Below are positions 50,231-64,000 of a stretch of 64,000 nucleotides of DNA, piece by piece. This DNA is from Chrysomallon squamiferum (taxonomy: Eukaryota; Animalia; Mollusca). The notes under the pieces were generated by a model, which had not been told where the DNA came from, did no database searches, and worked only from the letters and a program-made list of their open reading frames with translations. Each line of letters begins with the position of its first letter. Position 1 is the first letter of the stretch. The stretch is taken from assembly GCA_012295275.1 (NCBI GenBank), contig CM022673.1, positions 5,456,001-5,520,000 of the forward strand. Reading direction: 5' to 3'. Position numbers and translations under genes: made by a program.

Positions 50231-52888
50231 TTAATTTATAATGGCTGATGTATTGTAATATATATGTCTAAATATCGAACCCACGGTAGTATTCCAAGTT
50301 TTAATGTCTTCTGCGTTATGTTCTGTTCCATGTTTTCTAATCCACAAATGGACAATGTAGTTGTTTTCCTTCCAGTCATAAAGTTTGCCAACCTCGTACA
50401 ACTGGGGAAGCTCTGCCCAGTTAGGTCGATGCAAGGATTTTTGCTCGGTGTGTATTAAGTTTTTATATTGTTTGGCTAGTCTCGCCGGTAAATGCACAGA
50501 ATGTTCTGCCCACTGATGATCTTGGAAAGTCTTGTATTTTGTATGCCAGATCTTCAGGAAGTCTGCCCAAGCCTTTGCAATGATTACACCATTACATAAA
50601 CCACTGTCGTGTTCGTAACCCATCACCATTTCGTATTTCAACAACGGGTCCAGAGATTTAACGGCCATAGCGTCAAGATCAAGATATATCCCGCCAAACT
50701 CCATAACAGCCTCGAGGCGTACAATGTCAGTGGCGTGTTCAGAAACCTGAATGGGATTCCCATAAATTTCCGTTGGCGTATCTCGGTAGATTAAGATAAT
50801 CTCTGGGACTTTTTGTCGCATTTCTTTGAAATAGTCTCCCTCCGGAACCATGTCTAACCAGAAAAAGATTCTGTCTGGTTTGATGAATTTGTGAGCAGCT
50901 AAAATAGCTAACATATGATGAAAGCGAAAATGGTTTTTCTTTGGGCCGCCATACCAAGTAAAATGAACAAAGCTTGGAATGACTCGTTCCGTGTGTTCGA
51001 TATTTTTGGAGTAACTGATTGGTAATTTTAATTTTTCGTTAAAAGTCGTGTTTCTGACGTAAGTATAAAACGGATCAGTCGCTTTTTTCTTGCATATATT
51101 TGTCTCCACACATAACTTTTTACTCGCTGAATCTGATGGTTTAACTTTCTCTGGTGTAGCGATGTCAGAATTTCCGTAATAAATATATCTGAATATAGAA
51201 CCAGCCGTCGTGTTCCACGTTTTAATATCGGTCGGATTATGCTCTATCCCGTGTTGGCGAATCCACAGGTGAACAACGTAGTTCTTCTCTTTGTAGTTGA
51301 AGAGATTTCCATCTTTATACAGCATCTTGGCTTCCTCGGGCGTATAATTCGGTCTATGAAATGATTTCTCTTCTGTATGTATTAACTTAGGATATTTCAA
51401 GGCCAGGATCCCAGGCACCTGTACTGAATGATACTGCCACTGGTTATCGTCGAACGTTTTGTATGCTTCGTGCCAAATCTTTAAGAATTCTGCCCACTTG
51501 ACGCCAATGATAACTCCGTTGCAAAGCGCATCCTTCCCTTCGTATCCCATCACCACGTCGTATTTAAGAAGAGGATCCAAAGGCTTGACGACAATAGCAT
51601 CCAGGTCGAAGTACATTCCGCCATATTCCAAAATGGCTTCCAGACGTACGATATCGGTTATGTGTTCGGCGACTTTCACAGGTCGACCATGTATTTCTTT
51701 TGGAGTTTTGCGATGGATCAGAAACAATTCTGGAACCTTTTCTTTTAATTCCTTGAAATAATCTCCTTCTGGAATAAGATCAAACCAAAAATAAATCCGT
51801 TCCGGTTTCACAAATTTATGGGCAGCTAGAATGCTGATCAAGTGGTGAAATCGGAAATGGTTTTTCTGGGGCCCACCAAACCACGTGAAGTGCACCAGTG
51901 ACGGTATTACTCTTTTTTCGTGAACGATATTCTTGTCTGTGTTGACAGGAGAACTGAGCATTTTATAAAACGTGTCATTACGTTTGTAAACGTAAACGTT
52001 GGCAGCAGGATCTGGCTTGCATATGTTGTTCTCTATGCAGTTTTGAAGTGTCAGTTCTGAAAAAGAAATCAATTAAAAGAAAATAAAGATGTCAGAGAAA
52101 TAAGACGCAAGCAAAACTAAAAATAATATTAGTACCTTGAAACTTAACTGATGTATAAAAAATATCTAAAAAGTTAGTAAATGAAATACAAGTAACATAT
52201 TTTGGCTATAAAAATAAAATTAAAAATCTTCGAGTTATTCAAAGTCGATTTCAGGAGTTTAAATGTTATTTAAGCTTTATATTTAAGATAGTGTAAATTG
52301 ATTTTTCATATCTGGAAAGAATTACTTTATTTGTTCCTAGCTACCCATTTAAGCGAGTGTAATAATAATAAAAACTATGTCAATAAAATAACAAGTTCGT
52401 TACGATGAATGGAAGCTGATATTTTTCTTAATGACCTCATTACGTAGATTAGAAATAAATTTCACAACATTAAATTTCTTACTTCTGAGTGTGTTGTCAG
52501 TGGTAGTTTCTCCCAGAGTTATGTACATATATTTTACTTTTGTGTTGTCTATAAAGAATATATAAACAGTAAGAAGAAGAGCGGCAGCGAAAAACAGAAC
52601 CGCAAAGAAAAGTCGATTCACTCGAAACAGTGAAGCTTTTTGGTTACCTGCAAAAACAAAAATTAAATATGTTAAATCACGTTATCATCATTATAAAAAT
52701 AATATAAAGGATTGGCTTTTTATGTTTAATTAAGGTTCGTCTGTAGTTATTTCCTGCGAAATAAATTATTACTCAAGAACACAGAAATAGGTTGGGTATT
52801 TATTTATTTATTTATTTATTTATTTTTCCGTTATGTATTATTGGCAGGTGAATGTTACTTTCTGTTTCAAAATAGCTTTTTGTCTTTT

Positions 52889-52985
<97 letters not shown>

Positions 52986-55550
52986 ATGTGTAATATGTTA
53001 ATGAACAATGTAATGTTTATGAAACAATTTCCTATTTCTTAATATTTCGAAATGACCACGGCTTTTACTAAATATTCTACATCTTTTTCTGACGAGTGGG
53101 AGGGAATCTTTAATACATATTTTATCTCTAAACAATTACATCAGTGTTATATTCACTATAACGAAAATAACTATAAACTAATATCAATATTATCATTCGC
53201 TCACTGATGTAATATTAGGAAATAGCGAATAATCACAAATCACAATACAATAGTTTAGAAATATTAACATGCATTAGTTTGAGTTTATTTCGTAGTAGAC
53301 AAAAACCAGTGGTACCTCGACTTAGATATTTTGCTTTGAGTTACGAGCCAAAATCCGAATTACGAGTGAATGTCAGATATGTATGCGCTAGTTGCCACAA
53401 CGAATAACACAACGTCAGCATTTTGTGCAGTATTTTGCCAAATTTCCGTTTTCTAACCATGAATCCTAAGGAAGTGAATGCAAAGGACAGTGCTGAGAAG
53501 AAGAAGTGGATGATGTCCTTTGAATTAAAGCATGAAATCATAGAAAAACATAAGCGAGGTGTGAATGTAGTTGACTTGTAGTTCTTCTACATGTATCATA
53601 CTGACGCAGGAGTTGATATAGGCTGTAACTCCAGCCAAATGCATTAAAATAATGTGTCTTATCTCTAACATAAATATACTTTACAAAACCAATTTATTTA
53701 CGTTCTGTTTTATTTTTATTTTTATGCAATATTTGTCATTTATAAATATATTTTTCTTATTTAAAAATACTTTACAAAAAAAAATTGATTTGATATACGC
53801 GCAAATTGAGTTACGAGCTTGGTGACAGAACTAGTAAGCCAAGATACCGCTGTATAAATAAATTAATTTCATTTTAGGAGCTGTTCAAGGGGACAGATAT
53901 TCGGACATTATGTACCTGACTTTAAATAAGGAAGAGGATTTGGCTGGTACAATTATATGCTGCAACATTAGTGTTTTAAATCCGAATCAAATATTAACTT
54001 TGTTAGATCATTTAAATTTATCTGTTGAATGTTGGAAAATAATTAATTGTTTATAGAGCAGGAATTCCAATTTAAATTCCATCTGTTTGGTCATTCACAG
54101 TGAAAGACTTAGAACTCTATACTTTCATACAGCGATAATGTTGTTGATAGGTAACATTCGAAGGATAAAAACAAATGTATACGTTTATTTATATGTTCAC
54201 TGAAGGTCAGAAGAAATAAAAAGAGTTTTCATAAAATCATGACTGTGATTATGTCAAGTGACATTCCCAAAGCAAAAACATTTTTATCTACCTGGTTATT
54301 ATTCACTTTAAAATGAGTTTGAAATAATCAGCAGCAGGGCAGAATTTTAAATTTTTTAATTTGTATCACGTTTTCATTGTAATCACCGAAACTCCCGCAG
54401 CTTATAGCAATGTTATGGTTAACCAAAATGACTGCGTCAAATAATTTATAGGTTATGGTCGAACGATAATACAGAAATAAATATATTTATTTATTTGTAC
54501 GCTGTAACCGAACGACTGAAGGTCAGAAGAAACAAAACGTGCTTTCAAAATTTCGTACCAGTATGAAGATGAAGTTTGTATAAATTTAGATCGACCCAGA
54601 TCAACAAAAAAATATTTTAACTGAATAACTGAAGCTCAGAAGATTGAAAGGTGTCGGTAGTCTATCGCCTTAGAATTGTTTGTCACAACAGGGCGTGGAC
54701 AAAAACATACTGAGGTACATGGTTATTCACCGGAAAATTATTTTGAAACAGCATTTGACTTAATTTTCGATGTGGTTTCATAGAAGTCATTTTCGTTGCC
54801 ACATCTTTTGGTTACATTACGGCCTTTAACTTCACATAACTACGTGTCAATGATTTATAATGATTTTAAGATATCTCTGCACAGCTGACGGAAGTCTTAC
54901 TAATATTCTAACTTGACATTTCTATTTAACAAATAAATGACAAAATAAGGACATTATTACAAAATCTGAAGGAGAAATATTTTACTTTACTACTACTATG
55001 AAAACTACAGTAACAGCATGTCCCGTCATAGCTTATAGGAAAACCTAAACCTAATGTACGTCTACACGATTTTCTGAATAAAGACAGCATGACAAGAATA
55101 TATTTACGAATAAATATACGAATAAATTTAGTAAAACTTATTGTAAAATTTTCTAAGTATATTATTTATAAAGTATATATATGCACACATTATGTTAGAA
55201 ATTATATTAGAAATAGTTTTAAAAAGATATTTAAATGTCTTGTGAAACTGTATTTGTGTAATTCATGAACCTTTCTCTTTATAATTTTAAAATATATTTC
55301 AGGAATTCCATACCAACCGAAACTCTTTATAATTTTATTATAACTGAAACAGATTTTATGAACGTAAAAATGTTTTTGCCCGCTGCTGAAATATACTGGT
55401 TAATTGACTGACTGATTGTGAAAGAATAACTGGCGACAGCCAACACAGCAACGCCAATTAACGACATCTTCGATATTTATGAAACACTAAGGCTTTTTAA
55501 TCTGCGGTTAATTGTTGTTGTTCATCCAACTATTATGCCTTAAATTTTTA

Positions 55551-55590
<40 letters not shown>

Positions 55591-56031
55591 TTATATGCCT
55601 GTTTACCGCCCCCTTACTGAACATTATCAATTTGTTAATTAGTTATTAAACTCAGTATTTCAAAATGTTAATAAAGACCATGTCATTTATTAAACTAATA
55701 AGAACAAAATAGTATGTTAATATTAACGATTTCAACAGCTGACTATTTTTTTCTTCAGATTTTCTGTAGGTTTTAAAATAAATTTATTAATTAATTTAAT
55801 TAATAAATAAAATAAATAAATACTAATAAGAACAAAAAAAATGAAACTGCAAAACATGTAAAATAGGTAGATAGATAAACATCAATACACGCACACATAT
55901 ACGGATTCACACAAAAACATAAATAAATAAACATGGCCACATTCATACATACAAACATATACATACATATATATCTACATACATACATACACGTGCATAT
56001 TCAGTATTTGCCATATGTCTAATAATTCTGT

Positions 56032-56078
<47 letters not shown>

Positions 56079-56125
56079 GAGGGAGAAAAAGAGAGTAAAT
56101 AAATAAAATTAAAATACTTACTCAT
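50231..56125 (-). CDS. Double-domain GT32/DXD glycosyltransferase paralogue 3, 664 aa. Exons 56125-56122, 52647-52483, 52056-50231
   Basis: ATGA|gtaagt at 56125; conserved acceptors and donor; intact 1826-nt terminal exon with two DLD motifs. Confidence 0.9.
53307..53852 (+). mobile_element. Internally deleted Tigger/pogo transposon with a CENP-B-type HTH N-terminus remnant, in intron 1 of GT paralogue 3
   Basis: TIRs CAGTGGTACCTCGACTTAG and GTAAGCCAAGATACCGCTG|TA. From ATG 53459: MNPKEVNAKDSAEKKKWMMSFELKHEIIEKHKRGVNVVDL*, then STCIILTQELI*AVTPAK, typical of TIGD1-like transposase N-termini. An empty site is visible in paralogue 1 at ~5140-5180. Confidence 0.8.
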
Positions 56126-56135
56126 AATGTTGTTG

Positions 56136-56174
<39 letters not shown>

Positions 56175-56466
56175 CTTTTTTTTCCCCTTACTTTGATTTC
56201 ATTTTCTTTGCAATATTTATCGTTCCATAAGAAATATTTCACATCTTTTGCCTCTCGGAGTTTTTGATTATCTAAGTCTCTCTCTCTGTGTGTGTTGGCG
56301 TGCGAGATCGGTTTCAAACAGGACACAAAGACTAGCTGTTGATATTTCTGTTGTTCACCTCGGTCACGTTACAACGAACAGACCACTAGAAATTCAGGTT
56401 TGACCCTCCTTTTCATTGGACGGCTTTGTGCATGTTATAAAGAATCTCTCCATCTTTCTGTCTGTC

Positions 56467-56508
<42 letters not shown>

Positions 56509-57208
56509 TATGTTGTTGTTCTATTTTTAAATTAATATAAATGTTTTAGTCTTTTTTTTTTTTTTCTTTTTTTTTAGTTTATTTTTAATGTCAGTTTAAT
56601 GAAAGGGCGGGAATACAAGTATAATTACATATTTTAGTTTTCCAGAGTTTATACACCAGCTGAACCGTTACTTTTCTATTCAACAGATCTGCAGGTTATC
56701 ATGGGGCTGAGAGAGTGACCTGCTTTTGTGCGGACACCGATGTCGCTGTGGTTATGTAATAATGCTAAAAAGGAGACTGACCTTGACCCTGTAGTTAATG
56801 GTGGTTGTCGTCGTGATAAAGACACCGATGACGCGACGGTCGAAAACACAATTAATGAAAAAAATGATATGTCTTTGTAGTGGTGAAGTCCACTGTTTGT
56901 ATTTATTTCAGAGGCAAAATTCAGCTGCAGAAATAAACTGGTTAATACACTGATTGATTGTGAGAGATTAATTGGCGACAGTCAACACAGCAGCATGAAT
57001 TAATGACATCCCTGCTGTTTGTGACAGTTTAATGCTCTTTATTCTGCGGTTCTGCACAAACATTGCAATTCTCACAAACACATGCATACACACAAGGAAA
57101 CATATGGGTATGTATGTATGTATGTATGTATGTATGTGTGTATGTGTGTATGTGTGTGTGTATGGATGCATGCATATCTTTGTGTGTGTATATATCTTTA
57201 ATTTTATA

Positions 57209-57250
<42 letters not shown>

Positions 57251-58479
57251 TAGATAGATAGATAGATATAGATATAGATATAAAATTAAAGATATAAATA
57301 TATACATGTGTTTGTGTATATATATATGTGTATTTATTTATCTATTCATGCATATGTGTCTGAGTGTATATATGTGTAATTATTTATGTTTACACCTCGA
57401 AAACTCACGGGTTGTTAATAAAGTAATCTTTTCCTGCTGTTATTATACGTACATTTACACTGTGCTAATTAAGAGAGTTGAGAAAAATCAAAGAGAGCGT
57501 TGAGATAGGTGTCCGATTGATATGACTGATAAACAAATGCATGTGTGTGTGTGTGTGTGTGTATGCGTGTTTTGGCCTGTGTATTTCGGGTGATATAACA
57601 TGCTGTTACAATTCATTATACAATTGTTTTTGTTTTATTTAATGTTATTTTTAATGGGTTTTATTTAGTGGGGTCTTTTAATGTTTTTCATAATTATCGT
57701 CTTCTGTTTACATACAAAGTATATCCTGTGAACACATTTCGTTATGACATAGTATTCAAATTGAAGTCCATAGATAAGAAATTTGTTAACAGCCATCATA
57801 AACACTCTCAGCTGTTTTATTTGTTTGCTTTTTTTCTCCTGCTCTCGTGATAATGTCATATACCGCTCTATATTTACCTAGGGTACACTCAGTTACTGCG
57901 AAATTCTGAATGCACTGTGTTTCATCTGACCTTCATCGATACAAACATTTTTGAAACATGACCACTTTTGCTAAGATTTTTCTATATGTTTTCGTACTTG
58001 GTCGATATCAATGAAAAATATGCATTAATGAAATTTAAGATTTTCTAACTTTGACTGATTTGTTTGATTTTTTTTTTATTTATTAATTTAGTCATATAGA
58101 TTTCCTTCATTGTTTATGTATCTATTTATTTACTTATATATTATTTTATCAATTTATTCATTATTTATTCATTCATTAATTTTTCTATAAATTCCTTTCT
58201 TTATTTTCTTCAGTTTTAAAAATTACAAACTCAAATTTATAATCATTTTACATAAATTTATTGTTTAATAAGCAGTAAAAAATATATTAGAAATTGATTT
58301 TGGAGACTGCGAACGTGGATATTAGTTACAGACTGGCCATGACACGTAAAATACACCGACTGCTCAACATAATGTTATTTCAAACATAAATTTCTGGAAG
58401 GATTGTTTTCATTATTTACAGCAAAAAAAAACGCTGACTAATCTAGTATACGTTACAGACCAGGTTTATCCACACTGGC

Positions 58480-58745
58480 CCCTGTTAGGACAAACAAGGG
58501 ATTAAATAATACGGCTGAACGTGTCATTAAAGTGAACACTTACTCTGAATCCAAACCAGTTTTCAAATATGTTTCAGGTTACATGTTAAAACTGAACCCG
58601 ATGAGCAGCAGTCATCCCAACATGTTTAAATTCATAGACATGATTAAGAGATAACAGGCCTTTGTTGAAACTACAGTTTTACAGTTAAGACTTTGTGAAA
58701 GACTGGCACCGAAACGTAGGAATACCAGCAACTTGACTTTGACCT
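58480..58745 (+). mobile_element. Decayed Mutator-like (MULE) transposase C-terminal fragment
   Basis: Translates as PVRTNK ... GYMLKLNPMSSSHPNMFKFIDMIKR*QAFVETTVLQLR...PKRR. This resembles the MULE motif RTNNxxEG(W/Y)HxxLN...HPNIFKFIxxLKxEQ. The segment is absent from the equivalent flanks at ~1080 and ~49520. Confidence 0.55.
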
Positions 58746-59815
58746 ATATCAGCAGCAAATGCTCCTTTTGAAATGTTATAAGTAATTGTTTATCCTTGAC
58801 TGCCTCAGTAATATATAACAATAGGTGCGGGCACAATGAGGTGAACCCGCAGACATTTTTACTTACCTGAAGTTGGCAAAATCACGTTTAGTTTATTACA
58901 GGAAATGTTGACAAAAATAATAATTACATAAATATTACCGACATTAATAAATAACAGAAACAGACAAATTTACGAATTAGTTAATTAAAGATAAACTGCC
59001 GACAAACTGATTGTTAATTACAAAACAACTGTTGACAAACTCGGTATTAACTAAGATAAAATGACGCGCCATTAGCTGACAGACAGAGAATAGTTTGACC
59101 ATCCTTATTAAATAATAACATGTAACCAGATCAGAAATTCTTTGTCAATTATTTATAGATAATTGATTAAAAAAAACGTTCACAAACTGCAATGATAATG
59201 AATCACATATAAATTGTCATCGAATTTTGTATCCATTAATAATATGGCATAGAAAGCATTTAATGTGTTTGTATATATAACAAAGATCACAGAAATATAT
59301 TTAAAACTGTTTAGCACATAACATACAAACAGCATTAGGCACAATATGTTGTACAAATAATTATGATAATAAACTACAAATCTTGTATAAAACATAGCGA
59401 CTTGTTTGAATTGTAAATCACAATGTATTAAAAATCGCACCTCACTATGAAAAGTGATTGTAATACTATGGCACTGATAGTACTGGTAGCTGCTCCAGTT
59501 GTTGTAGCAGACATTGTAGCACTATTTGTAACTGTATTAACAGAAACAGTGGTGGTGTTACTAGTCATAAACACATAAAAACACATGAAAACGTATATAT
59601 AATATATACATATATAAAAACGTAGACATAAAGATAAAAACATATATATATATATATATACATACACACATATACATACATATTGGTATGTCGTATATTT
59701 CCTATAAAAAGGAAGGCACATTTTTCGCCGGTTTCTAAGTATTGTCAATACGGGAATAAAAATAAAAGAAAATATTTTAGTGATTAATTTGGATAAAAAC
59801 TTTTTTATTATTATA

Positions 59816-59872
<57 letters not shown>

Positions 59873-60040
59873 AAAATAGAAATATTTTAAGGAATAATTT
59901 ATTCTCTACAGGAAATAATGACATTAAGCAAATTAGGTGATCGATCACATAAGCCTTATAAAGAAGTAGAAATCCTATAAGCATGTATATTTACATAATC
60001 TAAACATCAGAAAACTATGTAACAAAGTAACACACGTCTC

Positions 60041-62471
60041 TTAATTTATAATGGCTGACGTATTGTAATATATGTGTCTAAATATCGAACCCACGGTAGT
60101 ATTCCAAGTCTTAATGTCCTCTGCGTTATGTTCTGTTCCATGTTTTCTAATCCACAAATGGACAATGTAGTTGTTTTCCTTCCAGTCATAAAGTTTGCCA
60201 ACCTCGTACAACTGGGGAAGTTCCATCCAGTTAGGTCGATGTAAAGATTTTTGCTCGGTGTGTATTAAGTTTTTATATTGTTTGGCTAGTCTCGCCGGTA
60301 ATTGCACAGAATGTTCTGCCCACTGATGATCTTGGAAAGTCTTGTATTTTGTATGCCAGATCTTCAGAAAGTCTGCCCAAGCCTTTGCAATGATTACACC
60401 ATTACATAAACCACTGCCGTGTTCGTAACCCATCACCATTTCGTATTTCAACAACGGGTCCAGAGATTTGACGGTCATAGCGTCAAGATCAAGATATATC
60501 CCGCCGAACTCCATAACAGCCTCGAGGCGTACAACGTCAGTGGCGTGTTCAGAAACCTGAATGGGATTCCCATAAATTTCCGTTGGCGTATCTCGGTAGA
60601 TTAAGATAATCTCTGGGACTTTTTGTCGCATTTCTTTGAAATAGTCTCCCTCCGGAACCATGTCCAACCAGAAAAAGATTCTGTCTGGTTTGATGAATTT
60701 GTGAGCTGCTAAAATAGCTAACATATGATGAAAGCGAAAATGGTTTTTCTTTGGGCCGCCATACCACGTAAAATGAACTAAGCTTGGAATGACTCGTTCC
60801 GTGTGCTCGATATTCTTGGAGTAATTGACTGGTGATTTTAATTTTTCGTTAAATGTCGTGTTTCTTACGTAAGTATAAAACGGATCAGTCGCTTTTTTCT
60901 TGCAAATATTTGTCTCCACACACAACTTTTTACTCGCTAAATCTGAGGCTTTAACTTTCTCAGGTGTAGCGATGTCAGAATTTCCGTAATAAATATATCT
61001 GAATATAGAACCAGCCGTCGTGTTCCACGTTTTAATATCGGTCGGATTATGCTCTATCCCGTGTTGGCGAATCCACAAATGAACAACGTAGTTCTTCTCT
61101 TTGTAGTTGAAGAGATTTCCATCTTTATACAGCATCTTCGCTTCCTCAGGCGTATAATTCGGTCTATGAAATGATTTCTCTTCTGTATGTATTAACTTAG
61201 GATATTTCAAGGCCAGGATCCCAGGCACCTGTACTGAATGATACTGCCACTGGTTATCGTCGAACGTTTTGTATGCTTCGTGCCAAATCTTTAAGAATTC
61301 TGCCCACTTGACGCCAATGATAACTCCGTTGCAAAGCGCATCCTTCCCTTCGTATCCCATCACCACGTCGTATTTAAGAAGAGGATCCAAAGGCTTGACG
61401 ACAATAGCATCTAGGTCGAAGTACATTCCGCCATATTCCAAAATGGCTTCCAGACGTACGATATCGGTTATGTGTTCGGCGACTTTCACAGGTCGACCAT
61501 GTATTTCTTTTGGAGTTTTGCGATGGATCAGAAACAATTCTGGAACCTTTTCTTTTAATTCCTTGAAATAATCTCCTTCTGGAATAAGATCAAACCAAAA
61601 ATAAATCCGTTCCGGTTTCACAAATTTATGGGCAGCTAGAATGCTGATCAGGTGGTGAAATCGGAAATGGTTTTTCTGGGGCCCACCAAACCACGTGAAG
61701 TGCACCAGTGACGGTATTACTCTTTTTTCGTGAACGATATTCTTGTCTGTGTTGACAGGAGAACTGAGCATTTTATAAAACGTGTCATTACGTTTGTATA
61801 CGTAAAAGTTGGAAGCAGGATCTGGCTTGCATATGTTGTTCTCTATGCAGTTTTGAAGTGTCAGTTCTGAAAAAGAAAACAATTGAACAAAAATAAAGAT
61901 GCCAGTTACACAAGTATGCGAGAGAAATAAGACGCAAGCAAAACTAAAAATTGTAGTAGTATCTTGAAACTTAACTGATGTATACAAAATATTTACAAAG
62001 TTAGTGAGCCAAATACGACGCATTAAAAATATAAAAACAATAACATATTTTGGCTATGATGCTAAAAATGTTTTTAAAAAGTTATTCTTAATCGATAATT
62101 TCACCAATTAAAATGTCATCTAAGGTTTACCGAAAAAAATAGTGTAAATTAATTATTTTAAAACTCCTAGCTTCTCCCGTAAGCGATGATAATAAAAACT
62201 ATGTGAATAAAATAACAAGTTCATTACGATGCTCAGAAGGAGACATTGTTTTTCATGACGTCATTACGTAGATTAGAAATAAATTCCACAACACTAAATT
62301 TCTTACTTCTGAGTGTGTTGTCAGTGGTAGTTTCTCCCAGAGTTATGTACATATATTTTATTTTTGTGTTGTCTACGAAGAAAATATAGGCAGTAAAAAG
62401 CAAAGCGGCAGCGAAAATCAGAACTGCGAAAAAAAGTCGATTCATTCGAAACAGTGAAGCTTTTTGGTTAC
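60041..62471 (-). CDS. Double-domain GT32/DXD glycosyltransferase paralogue 4. Exons 62471-62307 and 61866-60041; first exon presumably beyond 64000
   Basis: Same exon 2 and exon 3 splice sites; intact two-domain ORF. In-frame ATG at 62445 (GTG in the other copies) could also start a 654-aa form. Confidence 0.88.
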
Positions 62472-62527
62472 CTGCAAAAACAAAAATTAAATATATTAAA
62501 AATCAAGTTATCATCATTAGAAACATG

Positions 62528-62567
<40 letters not shown>

Positions 62568-63029
62568 TATTTCGTTTTATTTATTTATTTATTTATTATT
62601 GTTTTTGTTTTTGTTTTATTGATATTATTATATTGTTGTTGTTTATGATATTGACGTAGATTATGTTAGGTATCAGTCACAGAGTTAATATTATTTGCTT
62701 CTTCTTCATATATATATATATATCACTAACTGAAAGTGGAGTTATCGTTATTATCATATTTATTATTATATTTATTGTTTGTCTATTCTTTTTTATTCTT
62801 TTTTATTTGTTTCACTGTGTGGTTGGGGCGCACATACGCTCTTTTTTATTTTATTGTTTTGTTAGAATTTTCATTTTTACTTTCGCGTTTTTTTCTTTAT
62901 TATTATTATTATTAATTCATTAATTAATTTATTTATTTATTTATTGATTGATCGATTTTTTATTATTATTATTATTATTAATTTATTTATTTATTTATTT
63001 ATTTATCGATTTATTATTAGTATTATTAC

Positions 63030-63092
<63 letters not shown>

Positions 63093-63514
63093 AAATTGTC
63101 GAAACGATATTAATACTCATGGCAGATTAATTTTTATTATTAAGATTTATTTATTAAAGGCATCGATGATGTGTTTTTCTTTTAATTCTATAAATTCTTT
63201 TTGTATACCTACTATTATAAGTTACATTTTTTTAGTCTTGCCAATGAATAAAGATGTTCTGTAGTTTTTCATATTAATATTCACTAAACAGGAATGAGAT
63301 ACAAATTCTTTCGTTTTAACTTAAATATTTAATGGGATAACATTTCTGTAACATAGCAACGCTGTTCTTGATAGAAGTAAACTGAAACAACATTCCGTCT
63401 GAGGTAGTCGTGCATCATTTATAATTTCTAAAAGTCATGAAAAGAAAAACTACTTTATCAAACATAAAATGTAAAAACATAAAAGTAAAAGTGGACCTAA
63501 ATAGAGTTGCTTGG

Positions 63515-63616
<102 letters not shown>

Positions 63617-64000
63617 ACACACACGCACGCACACGCACCCGCAACCACACACTCACTGGGGTATTTAGAAATCCCGTGACTAATTTCTACCTGCGAAATA
63701 AATTCAGGATTAATGCTTCGTTATAACGTTACGCCAGGAAATACTGCATAGATTAGCCTGGATTGTTTGAAATGTGAGAAGTATCGATTTTCTTTACATT
63801 TACATTACTAAAGTCAATAAATATATATATATATATATATGCATAGTAGTCAATAATATTATTTTTACGAAACAATTTCATAATTGTTTATATTTTACAA
63901 TAAACACAGCTTATGCAAATAACCATATTGCTGAGAAAAAAATGTATGTATTTCTGAATATAATCTACATATCTATGTCACGGGCAGAATAATAAACATT

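Noticed and set aside
61867-62023. N-terminal hydrophobic extension of the 660-aa ORF as a signal anchor
   Set aside because: It is intron 2 sequence upstream of the conserved ttttcag acceptor and is not part of the corresponding ORF in the other three paralogues.

Overview
AT-rich, microsatellite-dense eukaryotic DNA with GT-AG introns. An invertebrate, probably a mollusc such as a cephalopod, is inferred from repeat style and gene content, not proven. Six genes can be assembled by hand. Four are same-orientation (minus-strand) paralogues of a type II membrane glycosyltransferase. In three of them one 1.8-kb exon encodes TWO tandem GT32/DXD (PF04488-type, A4GNT/A4GALT-like) catalytic domains (~664 aa). 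The leftmost copy has a stop exactly at the inter-domain linker plus three more lesions in domain 2, leaving an intact, diverged single-domain enzyme. The array is interrupted by a 5-exon METTL27/WBSCR27-like SAM methyltransferase (+ strand) and a convergent secreted Trunk/PTTH-like cystine-knot gene (- strand) with an atypical cysteine pattern. Bases 1-641 duplicate 7958-8600, implying another array unit left of the window. Also present are two pogo/Tigger DNA transposons, a MULE transposase remnant, a 24-bp minisatellite, a 156-bp tandem duplication, inverted dispersed repeats and many microsatellites. Most short ORFs in the supplied track are microsatellite or antisense artefacts. No CRISPR, rRNA or convincing tRNA was seen.
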